Positions 37,123 to 46,515 of a stretch of DNA of 64,000 nt are shown in pieces. Position numbers and translations under genes: made by a program. The stretch's first letter is position 1. Each line of letters starts with the position of its first letter. The notes under the pieces were generated by a model, which saw nothing but the letters and a program-made list of their open reading frames with translations, did no database searches and was not told the origin of the DNA. The stretch is from Burkholderiales bacterium (lineage in GTDB: Bacteria; Pseudomonadota; Gammaproteobacteria; Burkholderiales; Usitatibacteraceae): positions 2,615 through 66,614 of the forward strand of contig JANPDI010000119.1 in assembly GCA_031431435.1 (NCBI GenBank). Reading direction: 5' to 3'.

Positions 37123-38400
37123 ATGGGTATGCCAGCAAACAATATATTGGTCGTTGACGACGAAATCGGCATTCGCGAGTTACTTTCTGAAATCCTGAAG
37201 GACGAGGGTTATTCAGTGAGGGTCGCCGAGAACGCACAAGCCGCACGAATCGCCCGCCGCGAAGCGCGGCCGGACTTGGTTTTGCTCGATATCTGGATGC
37301 CCGATACAGATGGCATATCGTTACTCAAGGAGTGGTCACAAAGCGGCCAGCTGACCATGCCGGTCGTCATGATGTCTGGCCATGGCACGATTGAGTCGGC
37401 GATCGAAGCCACGCGTATCGGCGCGTTCGATTTTCTGGAAAAGCCGATCAGCCTTCCGAAATTAATTGCAACCGTCGGCAAGGCGCTCGCGGGTGGACGG
37501 GTATTGCCAAAACCGGGCTTGTCATTTGCTCATTTGGGCCGCGCAAAGGTAATTTCGGAGTTGCGTCAGCGGCTGGACCAGGTCAGCCGGCTAAAAATGC
37601 CGCTGCTACTTTCCGGCGAGACCGGCTGCGGCTTTGAATTGATCGCCAGAATGGTACATTTGCGCAATACCCCCTGGTTGGCGCCGTCCGAGCATGCATG
37701 GCTGGCCATGAATCCTTTTGCGCCCCTGGCAGAAGCGCGTGATGGTGTGCTGTTCATAGAAGATATTGAACGGCTGAATCGTAATGAGCAGCGCGGGTTG
37801 TCACAGCTGATCACCAAACTTGAAAAATTCAATGTTCGTCTGGTGGCGGCGACGGCACATTCATTGCTGCCAATGATCGAGTCCGGCGAATTTGATTCGA
37901 ATTTGCATTCACAGCTCTCGGGAATCACACTGCGTATCCCATCCCTGCGGGAGCACGCCGAGGACATTCCCGACCTCGCCAATACGATGCTGTTGCAAAT
38001 GGTCGAGGCCAACGAGTGTGCGATGCGCAGTTTTAGCGTCGGCGCACTTAACGGACTGCGCAATCTGGAGTGGCCGGGAAATTTACCGGTGCTGCAAAAT
38101 GCAGTCAAAACCCTTGCCGTCACCAGTCTCTCGACGGAAATTTCCGCCGAGGACGTGGCGCGCGTGGCAACCGAACTCGGCCTCAATATTTCAGCCGGCG
38201 ATCTGCCGATGGGCGGCATCCCGTTTGACTTACCCTTGCGTGAAGCGCGCGAACGATTCGAGTACCAATATTTCCTGCATCATATCCGCCGCGAAGACGG
38301 GAATATGTCGCGCGTGGCCGATAAGGTCGGGCTGGAAAGGACGCACCTTTATCGCAAGCTGAAACAGCTCGGCATCCGTCCTTCCGGTAAAACGGAATAG
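37123..38400 (+). CDS. NtrX-like response regulator with a degenerate AAA+ (sigma54-interaction-like) domain and a Fis-type HTH
   Basis: It has a receiver (ILVVDDE..DLVLLDIWMPDTDG), a central domain with GETGCGFE in place of a GxxGxGK Walker A, and a C-terminal HTH (NMSRVADKVGLERTHLYRKLKQLGI). Confidence 0.8.
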   Translation: MGMPANNILVVDDEIGIRELLSEILKDEGYSVRVAENAQAARIARREARPDLVLLDIWMPDTDGISLLKEWSQSGQLTMPVVMMSGHGTIESAIEATRIGAFDFLEKPISLPKLIATVGKALAGGRVLPKPGLSFAHLGRAKVISELRQRLDQVSRLKMPLLLSGETGCGFELIARMVHLRNTPWLAPSEHAWLAMNPFAPLAEARDGVLFIEDIERLNRNEQRGLSQLITKLEKFNVRLVAATAHSLLPMIESGEFDSNLHSQLSGITLRIPSLREHAEDIPDLANTMLLQMVEANECAMRSFSVGALNGLRNLEWPGNLPVLQNAVKTLAVTSLSTEISAEDVARVATELGLNISAGDLPMGGIPFDLPLREARERFEYQYFLHHIRREDGNMSRVADKVGLERTHLYRKLKQLGIRPSGKTE

Positions 38401-38469
38401 CCGGACGGGTCATCGCCCGCGGGATGACCGGCGATACACGCTCGTCACGCAAACGCGTTGCCCGGTGCG

Positions 38470-39450
38470 TTATTGCCCCAACTGGCCGATCCGCACAACC
38501 GTCAAGCCGGGCTTAACGTGAATCAATGTCGGCATGATCAAAACACAATTGTCATATGGTGCGACAACCGGTCTGCCGTCATCGTAGGCAATCACATCAC
38601 CTTTTTTCGCGATGATATCGAGTCCCTTGGTGCCCTCGATAAATCGATAGTTGGCGCTGCCGGCGATTAACGCCTCGGTGACGCGCACAATTCTGGTCGG
38701 TGGCACGGGAGCCTTGTCAATTTGTTCATCGGCCTGCTCACGATCCACGCAGTTGGTTGCCCGCAAGAAGCGCCAGGTGGTTTGCCATGCAACATCTGCG
38801 GCTGCGCGCTCCCAATGCTGCCCGCATTCGACCAACAGCGCGTTTTTTTCAGACGCAGCGTCGCCAAAGCCTCCATAGTCGCGCATGCGTGTGCCATTGG
38901 CATGGCCACGATCACTGACGACAAATTCAGGGATGCCCACCTTCCTCGAAAACGCAATACCCTTGTCCAACGCGCCACAAATCATCACCGCCCCATGCGG
39001 GTCATGCATGGAATGGATATCCAGCAAAAAATCAACGTCATCAACAATATGCCGCATCGCGCGCGCGCGCGATAACTCAACGGACATCCTGACGCCATCG
39101 AGTGTTGCCGGCGTCCACACGCGGTTGAAGTCTTCATCAACAAACCGATTGGCATGGGGACGGGCGGCGTCCCAGCGGTGATAAGCATCGACGTTGGCAA
39201 AGGACAACGAAAGCCTTCCGGCAGTCGGACGCAAATTCATTTTGAACAAACGGTCGACCGCGATTGCGCCACAGATTTCATTGCCGTGGGTGACGGCATT
39301 AACCATCACATGCGGGCCGGGCTTACCCGAGTCGAAGGTAGTGATGTATTCAACGCCGGCGTTGCCCGCCCTGTAAGGTGAAATATCGGGCGGCGTGAGT
39401 TCGACGGCATATGGCGAGGCGCCCTTTTCAGGTTTGTTTTCAGTGGTCAT
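38470..39450 (-). CDS. Succinylglutamate desuccinylase/aspartoacylase (AstE/AspA, M14-like) family amidohydrolase
   Basis: The family Zn motif is present (VMVNAVTHGNEICGA), and later DIHSMH. I chose the start at MTTENK (39450). The upstream extension in the ORF track overlaps the previous gene. Confidence 0.75.
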   Translation of the reverse strand: MTTENKPEKGASPYAVELTPPDISPYRAGNAGVEYITTFDSGKPGPHVMVNAVTHGNEICGAIAVDRLFKMNLRPTAGRLSLSFANVDAYHRWDAARPHANRFVDEDFNRVWTPATLDGVRMSVELSRARAMRHIVDDVDFLLDIHSMHDPHGAVMICGALDKGIAFSRKVGIPEFVVSDRGHANGTRMRDYGGFGDAASEKNALLVECGQHWERAAADVAWQTTWRFLRATNCVDREQADEQIDKAPVPPTRIVRVTEALIAGSANYRFIEGTKGLDIIAKKGDVIAYDDGRPVVAPYDNCVLIMPTLIHVKPGLTVVRIGQLGQ

Positions 39451-40393
39451 GTTTGTGTCCGTGGTCGTGCTTATGGTCATGGCTGTGGTCGTGGCCACAA
39501 TCAGCGTGGTGTTGATGCGCGGGGATGTGATCATGTGCGTATGCCGCAATCTCTTCAATCAAACGCGTGATGTCTTGGTTCAGCAGCGCAAAATTTTGAT
39601 TCGTTTCGCGTGTCTCTTCGTCCATATAGAGTCTGCGGTTGACTTCGACTTGCAGAGAGTGTTTGTTGCCGGCGGGGTCGGAATACGCACGCACCAGTTC
39701 GACACCCTTGTATGGATCGTTGACCTTGACGTTGTATCCCATGTCCTTCAAGGTGATGGCGACAAATGAGGTGAACTCCGAAGAGCAGGTGGTGCCATCG
39801 CGGTCACCCAGTACAAAGTCCGCGCGCGCCACGCCAGGCCCCTCTTCGGAAATAACCGACGAGGTTGCCGGCATCGAATGGCAGTTGACATGCCACACTG
39901 CGCCATAATGTTTATGAATACTGTTCATGGTGTCCCGCAGCGCCTTGTGATAGGGCGCATAACACTTCGCAATGCGCGCCTGCACCTCTTCGACAGACAG
40001 TTTCCGGTCGTAAATTGCCTCGCCGGTGTCGAGCAGCCGCCACACCAATCCGATACCTTTTTCAGTCTTCTTGGTGATGTTGATGGGGCCCGGCCAGGCC
40101 GCGTCGAGCAGCGCCGGATCAATGTCCAGAATCGAACGGTTGGCATCAATATAGCTGCGCGGAAAATGCGCCAACAATAAGGTTGCACCCAGCGCCGGGG
40201 CTGCTGCATATAACGCGTCGACATGGGTATCTTCCGCCCGCCGCAGACTGCCATGGTCAACCACGTAACCAAAATTTTGTGGGTAGCGGGTGCCACTGTG
40301 TGGCGAGTCAAATATGACGGGCACATCATGGTCGTGGGTCGTTGTGGGCGGCGACAGGGTAAACGCGGTGCTGGGTTGAAGTATGTTGGACAT
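39440..40393 (-). CDS. N-formylglutamate amidohydrolase (FGase/HutG-like) family protein with a His-rich C-terminal tail
   Basis: The family start motif VPVIFDSPHSGTRYP is present. The last roughly 31 residues are HDHIPAHQHHADCGHDHSHDHKHDHGHKHDH. The start is at M60 (ATG comp 40391-40393). Confidence 0.7.
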   Translation of the reverse strand: MSNILQPSTAFTLSPPTTTHDHDVPVIFDSPHSGTRYPQNFGYVVDHGSLRRAEDTHVDALYAAAPALGATLLLAHFPRSYIDANRSILDIDPALLDAAWPGPINITKKTEKGIGLVWRLLDTGEAIYDRKLSVEEVQARIAKCYAPYHKALRDTMNSIHKHYGAVWHVNCHSMPATSSVISEEGPGVARADFVLGDRDGTTCSSEFTSFVAITLKDMGYNVKVNDPYKGVELVRAYSDPAGNKHSLQVEVNRRLYMDEETRETNQNFALLNQDITRLIEEIAAYAHDHIPAHQHHADCGHDHSHDHKHDHGHKHDH

Positions 40394-40418
40394 GGTGACA
40401 GCTGCTTTTCGGGTGGAT

Positions 40419-41414
40419 TTATAGATCTGAATTGAGATGGCAGGCGGCAAAACGTAGTGGTGCGATTTGTTTGAGCGGCGGCGCTGTTTCGACACACCGA
40501 CTGGTCGAATGCGGGCATCTGGGATGAAAATGGCAGCCGGATGGTGGATCGAGTGGCGATGGAATTTCACCGGTCACCGCGACAAAATCCTTCTTTCTTA
40601 CGGTGAGCGACGGGACCTCTTTCAGCAGCGCTTGTGTGTAGGGATGATTCGGCATTGCAAAGATTTCCGCGGTTGGCCCCTCTTCGACCACCCGCCCAAG
40701 GTACATGACAACGACGCGGTCAGACACGTGATGGACAACGCCAAGATCGTGGCTGATGAACAGATAGGTCAGGTTCAACTCTTCACGAAGCTGGATAAAC
40801 AGGTTCAGTACCTGCGCCTGGATAGAGACGTCGAGTGCGGCGACAGCCTCGTCACAAACAATGAACGTTGGTTTCACCGCAAGTGCACGGGCGATGCCGA
40901 TGCGTGCGCGCTGGCCGCCGGAAAACTGGTGCGGAAAACGTTTGGCGAGCCCGGCATCAAGCCCGACTGTTTGCATGATGGATGCGACGTAACCTGATTT
41001 TTCCGATGCCGGGATAATGCCGTGCACGACGGGCGCTTCACCAATAATGTCTTCGACACGAAAGCGCGGGTTCAACGACGCATACGGATCCTGGAAGATC
41101 ATTTGACCTTCCAGCTGCATGGCGCGCTTTGCGGCGGCATCCATCTCAACAACCGGTTTGCCCCGCCAGAACTTTTCGCCTGCGCTGGGTTGGTGCAGAC
41201 CGACAACAATTCTGCCCAACGTCGACTTGCCGCAGCCCGATTCGCCTACCAGCCCCACCACCTCGCCCTCGCGAACACTGAGGCTGACGTCATCAACCGC
41301 GTGAACCGTTTCATCCACCAGCTTTGCCCCTAACCGCTTCGCAATCCTGCCCGCCGCATCGAGTTTCTTCTCGAAGCGCTTGGAGACGTGTTTGAGTTCA
41401 AGTAATGGTGTCAT
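40419..41414 (-). CDS. Peptide/nickel-type ABC transporter ATP-binding protein (DppF/OppF-like)
   Basis: It has Walker A GESGCGKST, signature FSGGQRARI, Walker B FIVCDEAVAALD and a C-terminal oligopeptide-transporter extension. Confidence 0.88.
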   Translation of the reverse strand: MTPLLELKHVSKRFEKKLDAAGRIAKRLGAKLVDETVHAVDDVSLSVREGEVVGLVGESGCGKSTLGRIVVGLHQPSAGEKFWRGKPVVEMDAAAKRAMQLEGQMIFQDPYASLNPRFRVEDIIGEAPVVHGIIPASEKSGYVASIMQTVGLDAGLAKRFPHQFSGGQRARIGIARALAVKPTFIVCDEAVAALDVSIQAQVLNLFIQLREELNLTYLFISHDLGVVHHVSDRVVVMYLGRVVEEGPTAEIFAMPNHPYTQALLKEVPSLTVRKKDFVAVTGEIPSPLDPPSGCHFHPRCPHSTSRCVETAPPLKQIAPLRFAACHLNSDL

Positions 41415-41523
41415 GAGTGTTCCGGGAAAACGTCAAATTCTTTTGTGCGTTCGAATCTAAAGTCGTTTATGGGCGGCTTTTTTCAGGCAATTCAGGCCCG
41501 GGATGCGCGTGGATATTGCACTT

Positions 41524-42507
41524 TCATCTTTCAACTGTCGTTTGAAGACCCACGAATGGATGGTGGCAGCGTACGCGATGAAATGCATTATCTGTCAAGG
41601 CTGGAATGATTTCGCACGCGGGACTCCGGCTGTCGCAGCGTTCGCGAAATGCACAACCGGCGCCAATGCCCAGCAAGGATGGCGTCATGCCGCGAATCTG
41701 TTTGAGTGGCTGACCGCGCGGGTTGCACGATGGAACCGAGCACAGCAGACCGCGCGTGTACGGATGTCTCGCCCGATCCAGCACATCGGCAACACTGCCA
41801 TGCTCGACGATCTTCCCGGCGTACATCACGGCGACGTTGTCGGCCAAACCGGCAATCACGGATAGATCATGCGTAATCCAGATCAACGCGGTGCCTGTTT
41901 CGCGACATAGCTTTTGCATTTCAAACAGGATCTGCCCCTGAATGGTCACATCAAGCGCGGTGGTGGGCTCATCAGCAATGATGACATCAGGCTTGTTGAG
42001 CAAGGCAATCGCAATGGCGACGCGCTGACGCATTCCGCCGGAGAACTGATGCGGATACGCCGTGAGCCGTTCATCCGGGGATGCGATTCCAACTTTGCCG
42101 AGGGCATCGCGACAAAGGTCGCGCGCGGCGGAATGGTTCATTTTCCGGTGCGCCGTGATCGCCTCAATCATTTGTGTGTCTATCCGTAACACAGGATTAA
42201 GGGTCATCATCGGGTCTTGGAAAATCATGGCGATGCGGTTGCCCCGCAAGTTTCGCCATTCAGCGTTGTTGTAGGCCGTGACGTCGACACCGTTAAGCAC
42301 AATGCGGCCGCCGACAATTTTTCCGGGCGCATCTACCAGGCCCATCACCGAATATCCGGTCATCGATTTGCCGGAACCGGATTCGCCGACCAAACCCATC
42401 ACTTCCCCGCGTCCGACCGAAAATGAAACACCATCGACCGCCTTCACCACACCAGCCTTGGTGAAAAAGTGCGTTTGTAAATTATCGACTTGTAGGGTTG
42501 CGGTCAT
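41524..42507 (-). CDS. Peptide/nickel-type ABC transporter ATP-binding protein (DppD/OppD-like)
   Basis: It has Walker A GESGSGKS, signature FSGGMRQRV and Walker B VIIADEPTTALD. The start at M35 overlaps the permease stop. Confidence 0.88.
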   Translation of the reverse strand: MTATLQVDNLQTHFFTKAGVVKAVDGVSFSVGRGEVMGLVGESGSGKSMTGYSVMGLVDAPGKIVGGRIVLNGVDVTAYNNAEWRNLRGNRIAMIFQDPMMTLNPVLRIDTQMIEAITAHRKMNHSAARDLCRDALGKVGIASPDERLTAYPHQFSGGMRQRVAIAIALLNKPDVIIADEPTTALDVTIQGQILFEMQKLCRETGTALIWITHDLSVIAGLADNVAVMYAGKIVEHGSVADVLDRARHPYTRGLLCSVPSCNPRGQPLKQIRGMTPSLLGIGAGCAFRERCDSRSPACEIIPALTDNAFHRVRCHHPFVGLQTTVER

Positions 42508-43424
42508 TTTTTGAGCCGCGGATTCATGATATCGCGCAACTGGTCGGCGACGAGGTTGATTGACATGATCGTGACCAGCAGCGCCAACCCGGGATAGAAC
42601 GAGATCCAATATTTTCCACTCATCAGGTAAGTGAACCCGTTTGAAATCAACAGTCCCAAGGAAGGCTCGGTAATGGGCATGCCCAGCCCCAAGAAGGAGA
42701 GGGTCGCCTCAAGTGATATCGCATGCGCAACCTGCACGGTTGCGACCACGATCAACGGCGGCAGACAATTCGGCAGCATATGTCGAAACACAATCCGCGG
42801 CTTCGACAGCGCGAGCACGGTTGCCGCTTCGACATATTCCTTTTGCCGCTCCACCAGCGCCGACGCGCGCACCGTGCGGGCGTAGTACGCCCATTGGACG
42901 GTAATGAGCGCAATGATCACCTTGTCAACACCCTGGCCAAACACGGCAAGCAAAATCAGCGCGATCAAAATTGCCGGAAACGACAGCTGAATATCAACAA
43001 TACGCATGATGAGCGTATCAACCCAGCCGCCGAAATAGGCGGCAAGCATGCCGAACACCAGACCAATACTAAGCGCAAACACCGTTGACAGGACACCAAC
43101 ACCCAGCGAAATCCGCAGTCCGTAAAAAATGCCGGACAACATGTCGCGCCCCTGGTCATCGGTACCGAGGATAAACGTCTTCCCCGCCATCGATTGTTCC
43201 CCGGGCGCCAGCTTGCCGTCCATGATATCGAGTTGCGCCAAATCATATGGATTTTGCGGGGCGATAAAGGGCGCTGCAATCGCAATAACGACAACCAGAG
43301 CGAGCAACGCGAGACCAACCAGCGCCAATTTTGATTCGGCAAACTCGCTGCAAAAGCGCCGCCATGGCGTTTCAGCTGTTACGTCTTTATTGATTTCAAT
43401 GACCGGCAATTTAGTGTCCGCCAT
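42504..43424 (-). CDS. ABC transporter permease (DppC/OppC-like)
   Basis: The protein is polytopic and has a BPD_transp_1-type loop (..ALVERQKEYVEAATVLALSKPRIVFRHMLPN..). Confidence 0.85.
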   Translation of the reverse strand: MADTKLPVIEINKDVTAETPWRRFCSEFAESKLALVGLALLALVVVIAIAAPFIAPQNPYDLAQLDIMDGKLAPGEQSMAGKTFILGTDDQGRDMLSGIFYGLRISLGVGVLSTVFALSIGLVFGMLAAYFGGWVDTLIMRIVDIQLSFPAILIALILLAVFGQGVDKVIIALITVQWAYYARTVRASALVERQKEYVEAATVLALSKPRIVFRHMLPNCLPPLIVVATVQVAHAISLEATLSFLGLGMPITEPSLGLLISNGFTYLMSGKYWISFYPGLALLVTIMSINLVADQLRDIMNPRLKK

Positions 43425-44397
43425 TTGCGGCGCCCCCCAGCCGGACGCGCGGATCGAGCCATGAATAAACCAGATCAACGATAAAGTTAATCACGATGAA
43501 CAGCGAGACGATCACCATCAGGTAAGCAACAATTACCGGACGGTCCAGCTGATTGATCGAGTCAATCAATAGTTTGCCGGTGCCGGGCCAGGCAAAAATT
43601 GATTCGGTGACGATGGCAAATGCAATCACCGAGCCAAACTCGAGTCCGATGATGGTGACAATGGGAATCATGATATTTTTCAGCACATGCACGCCAATGA
43701 CACGCGATTGCGTCAAGCCTTTGGCGCGGGCAAATTTCACATAGTCCTGCAACACCGTTTCACGCACCTGCGCGCGGGTCAGACGAATCAACAGCGACAG
43801 TTTGAATAACGCCAGATTCAATGCCGGCAGGAATAAATGCGACATGCCGTCGATACTCAAAAAGCTGACAGGCACGCCAAACAGCAGGGTGGTTTCGCCG
43901 CGCCCGTTTGACGGTAACCAGCCAAGCTGCACGGCAAAAAACATGATGAGCACCAGTCCCACCCAGAATGTTGGCAATGAGAAACCGACAATCGACAACG
44001 CCATGATGCTGCGGCCAACAAATGATTCCGGTTTTAGTCCGGCGACCAACCCAAGCGGGATACCGACCACCACCGCGAACAACATCGCAAACAGTGCCAG
44101 CTCAATCGTGGCCGGCATTTTCGACAGAATCAGTTCCAACGCCGGCACACCAAACACAAATGACTTGCCAAGGTCACCCGTTACCGCACCCTTGAGAAAC
44201 ACCCAGTACTGTTGGTAAATTGTTTTGTCGAGGCCAAGCGCGACGGTCGCGCGCGCGCGCTCGATCTCATCGGCCTGCGGATTGACCAGCAACTCGATTG
44301 GATTGCCGATCGCATACACGCCCAAAAAAACGATGAGCGACATCACCACCAACACAAACAGGGATTGGCTTAAACGGCGAAGGAGATAGGCAAGCAT
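43411..44397 (-). CDS. ABC transporter permease (DppB/OppB-like)
   Basis: MLAYLLRRLSQSLFVLVVMSLIVF is the canonical DppB/OppB N-terminus. It also has the EAA-type loop ..VLQDYVKFARAKGLTQSRVIGVHVLKN.. Confidence 0.88.
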   Translation of the reverse strand: MLAYLLRRLSQSLFVLVVMSLIVFLGVYAIGNPIELLVNPQADEIERARATVALGLDKTIYQQYWVFLKGAVTGDLGKSFVFGVPALELILSKMPATIELALFAMLFAVVVGIPLGLVAGLKPESFVGRSIMALSIVGFSLPTFWVGLVLIMFFAVQLGWLPSNGRGETTLLFGVPVSFLSIDGMSHLFLPALNLALFKLSLLIRLTRAQVRETVLQDYVKFARAKGLTQSRVIGVHVLKNIMIPIVTIIGLEFGSVIAFAIVTESIFAWPGTGKLLIDSINQLDRPVIVAYLMVIVSLFIVINFIVDLVYSWLDPRVRLGGAANGGH

Positions 44398-44456
44398 GCA
44401 GGGGCACAAGACCGGCAACGCGTTGCGTCGCGCTGCCGGTCAATTGATTTAATGCG

Positions 44457-46049
44457 CTATTTTGTCGGCTTCAAGCTCATTGCCAGCGTGTATTGATCTG
44501 TGCGGGCAGTGTATTTAAGTCCCTTGACGGTCGCCCATGTTGACACCTCGTAGTGCAATGGAATCAGCCCCACATCGTCCATCACCATCTCGGCAGCCTT
44601 GACAATGGCCACTTCTCGCTTTTTGTCGTCCATCGTCACCAGTGCCTCGGAAAGGAGCGTGTCAAACGCCGGGTTTGAATAGCGCCCGCGATTTGTCACA
44701 CCCATACCCTTGGCCGTGTCAAACGTTGCAAGCAACGAGCGCATGGCGGAGCCCTGCTCGCCGGACTCGGTTCCCCAGCCGAGCACCATATAGCCGAACT
44801 CGAGCTTGGTCGCGCGCGTGAAATAAACCGCAGAAGGCATGGTTTCAACCTTGGTGTCAATGCCGATACGTGTGTACATCTGGGCGAGCGCCTGCGCAAC
44901 CCCGGCGTCGTTAATGTAGCGGTTGTTGGGTCCGTGAATGGTCATGGCAAACCCATTGGGGTACCCGGCTTCGGCGAGCAGTTTTTTTGCACCATCGACA
45001 TCGAACTTCATTGGCTTTAATTTTTTGCTGGTGCCATAAAAAATATCCGGCAGCAACTGTGCAGCGGATTGCGCCTTGCCTTCCATCACCCGCGACACAA
45101 TCGCGTCGCGATTGATCGCCATCGACAGCGCCTTTCGCACACGCACGTCACGAAACGGGTTTTTGTCCAACGGTTTACCATCTTTGGCAAATACGAATGG
45201 CGGCGACTTTTCAGTGCTTTGGTTAAGATGCACGTAAATCACACGATTTGAAATCTTGTCGGTCAGACCATATTTCGGGTCCTTGCCAAGTTTCGCGATA
45301 TCGGCCGTCGGTACCGTTTCAATCATTTGCACATCGCCGGACAGCAGGGCGGCAACACGCGCCGCCGGATTGGTCAACATTTTGAATGTGACCACATCCC
45401 ATGGTTCTTCGCCGCCCCAATAGCCGTAGTTCGCCTTGAGAACGATGCGCTGATTCGGAATGTATTCCTGAAATTTATAGGGCCCGGTGCCGATCGCGGC
45501 CCTTCCGGCGTTGTAATCTTCCGTTGTGGCTTTTTCGCCGACTTTTTTAGAGACAATCCGCACTGCCGATAAATCAGACGGCAGCAATACGTGCGGCGTG
45601 GCTGTTTTGAAAATGATCGTGTGCGGATCAACTATCTTGACATCGACGATCGACCGGGTAAATGTGCCAAACGACGACGGACTGTTTGGAACCGTTGGCG
45701 CGCGTTTTATGGTGAACGCAACATCCTCCGCGGTGAAGGCTGATCCGTCATGCCATCGGACGTTTTTTCGCAGCTTGAATTCCCACGTGAGGTCGTCTGT
45801 TGTCCGCCATGAGGTGGCAAGTCCAGGGGTAAATTTCTGGTTCTCATCGGTTTTCACCAGCGACTCAAAGACATGCCGTAACATGGCGTTGTTGGGTCCG
45901 ATGTTATGGTAATGAGGGTCCATCGATGTAATCGCGGCCTGCAAACCGATGGACACGTCACGCGCTTTGGCTTGTGCAAACGCACTTTGGCTTTGAGTTC
46001 CCATCAGGACGGCGGCGACGACGACGGGTGCGGCTAGCGCTCTGAGCAT
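44457..46049 (-). CDS. ABC transporter substrate-binding protein, family 5 (peptide/opine/nickel type)
   Basis: A start at M88 gives a signal peptide (MLRALAAPVVVAAVLMGTQSQSAFA). The SBP_bac_5-like body contains ..LVKTDENQKFTPGLATSWRTTDDLTWEFKLRKNVRWHDG. Confidence 0.85.
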   Translation of the reverse strand: MLRALAAPVVVAAVLMGTQSQSAFAQAKARDVSIGLQAAITSMDPHYHNIGPNNAMLRHVFESLVKTDENQKFTPGLATSWRTTDDLTWEFKLRKNVRWHDGSAFTAEDVAFTIKRAPTVPNSPSSFGTFTRSIVDVKIVDPHTIIFKTATPHVLLPSDLSAVRIVSKKVGEKATTEDYNAGRAAIGTGPYKFQEYIPNQRIVLKANYGYWGGEEPWDVVTFKMLTNPAARVAALLSGDVQMIETVPTADIAKLGKDPKYGLTDKISNRVIYVHLNQSTEKSPPFVFAKDGKPLDKNPFRDVRVRKALSMAINRDAIVSRVMEGKAQSAAQLLPDIFYGTSKKLKPMKFDVDGAKKLLAEAGYPNGFAMTIHGPNNRYINDAGVAQALAQMYTRIGIDTKVETMPSAVYFTRATKLEFGYMVLGWGTESGEQGSAMRSLLATFDTAKGMGVTNRGRYSNPAFDTLLSEALVTMDDKKREVAIVKAAEMVMDDVGLIPLHYEVSTWATVKGLKYTARTDQYTLAMSLKPTK

Positions 46050-46126
46050 ATTGACTCCGGACTGAAATTTAGGTTGGCGACCGTTGATAATAGCTGAAAC
46101 TAGTTGAACCGGCGGGGGTTTGCAGC

Positions 46127-46438
46127 GTGGGAATGATTGAAAATTTTGAAGCGATGCTGGCTGCCGGCAAAGACACGCCGCTGTTGCGCTTTTCGCTCGG
46201 CAATGCCTACCTGCAGCTGGGGGATCACCCGCATGCAATCGCCCATCTGAGCGCGGCCGTGCAACTCGATACCGGCTATTCGGCGGCATGGAAACTGTTG
46301 GGAAAGGCATATGCGGGAAATGGCGATATTGACGGCGCGATCGCGGCCTACGAAAACGGTCTGACGGCTGCGATAGGCAAAGGGGATAAACAGGCGGCCA
46401 AGGAAATGTCGGTGTTTCTCAAGCGTCTGGTACGTTGA
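46127..46438 (+). CDS. Small tetratricopeptide-repeat protein
   Basis: This is a 103-aa ORF. LGNAYLQLGDHPHAIAHLSAAVQLDTGYSAAWKLLGKAYAGNGDIDGAIAAYENGL reads as two TPR units. Confidence 0.65.
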   Translation: MGMIENFEAMLAAGKDTPLLRFSLGNAYLQLGDHPHAIAHLSAAVQLDTGYSAAWKLLGKAYAGNGDIDGAIAAYENGLTAAIGKGDKQAAKEMSVFLKRLVR

Positions 46439-46515
46439 CGATGCTGACGGAATGGCCGCTCCAAAGCGTCACGCTAATGCGAATGTGTCAGCCGATAGAC
46501 GAGTCCAACAAACAG

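Noticed and set aside
44457-46310. Long N-terminal extensions in ORF-track calls. Examples are the binding protein (617 aa), the FGase-family gene at 39440-40570, engB at 61747-62619, aroK at 47637-48320 and icd at 9722-11071.
   Set aside because: In each case an internal start gives a canonical family N-terminus or signal peptide. The extension overlaps the neighbouring gene or intergenic structure. I shortened the coordinates accordingly.
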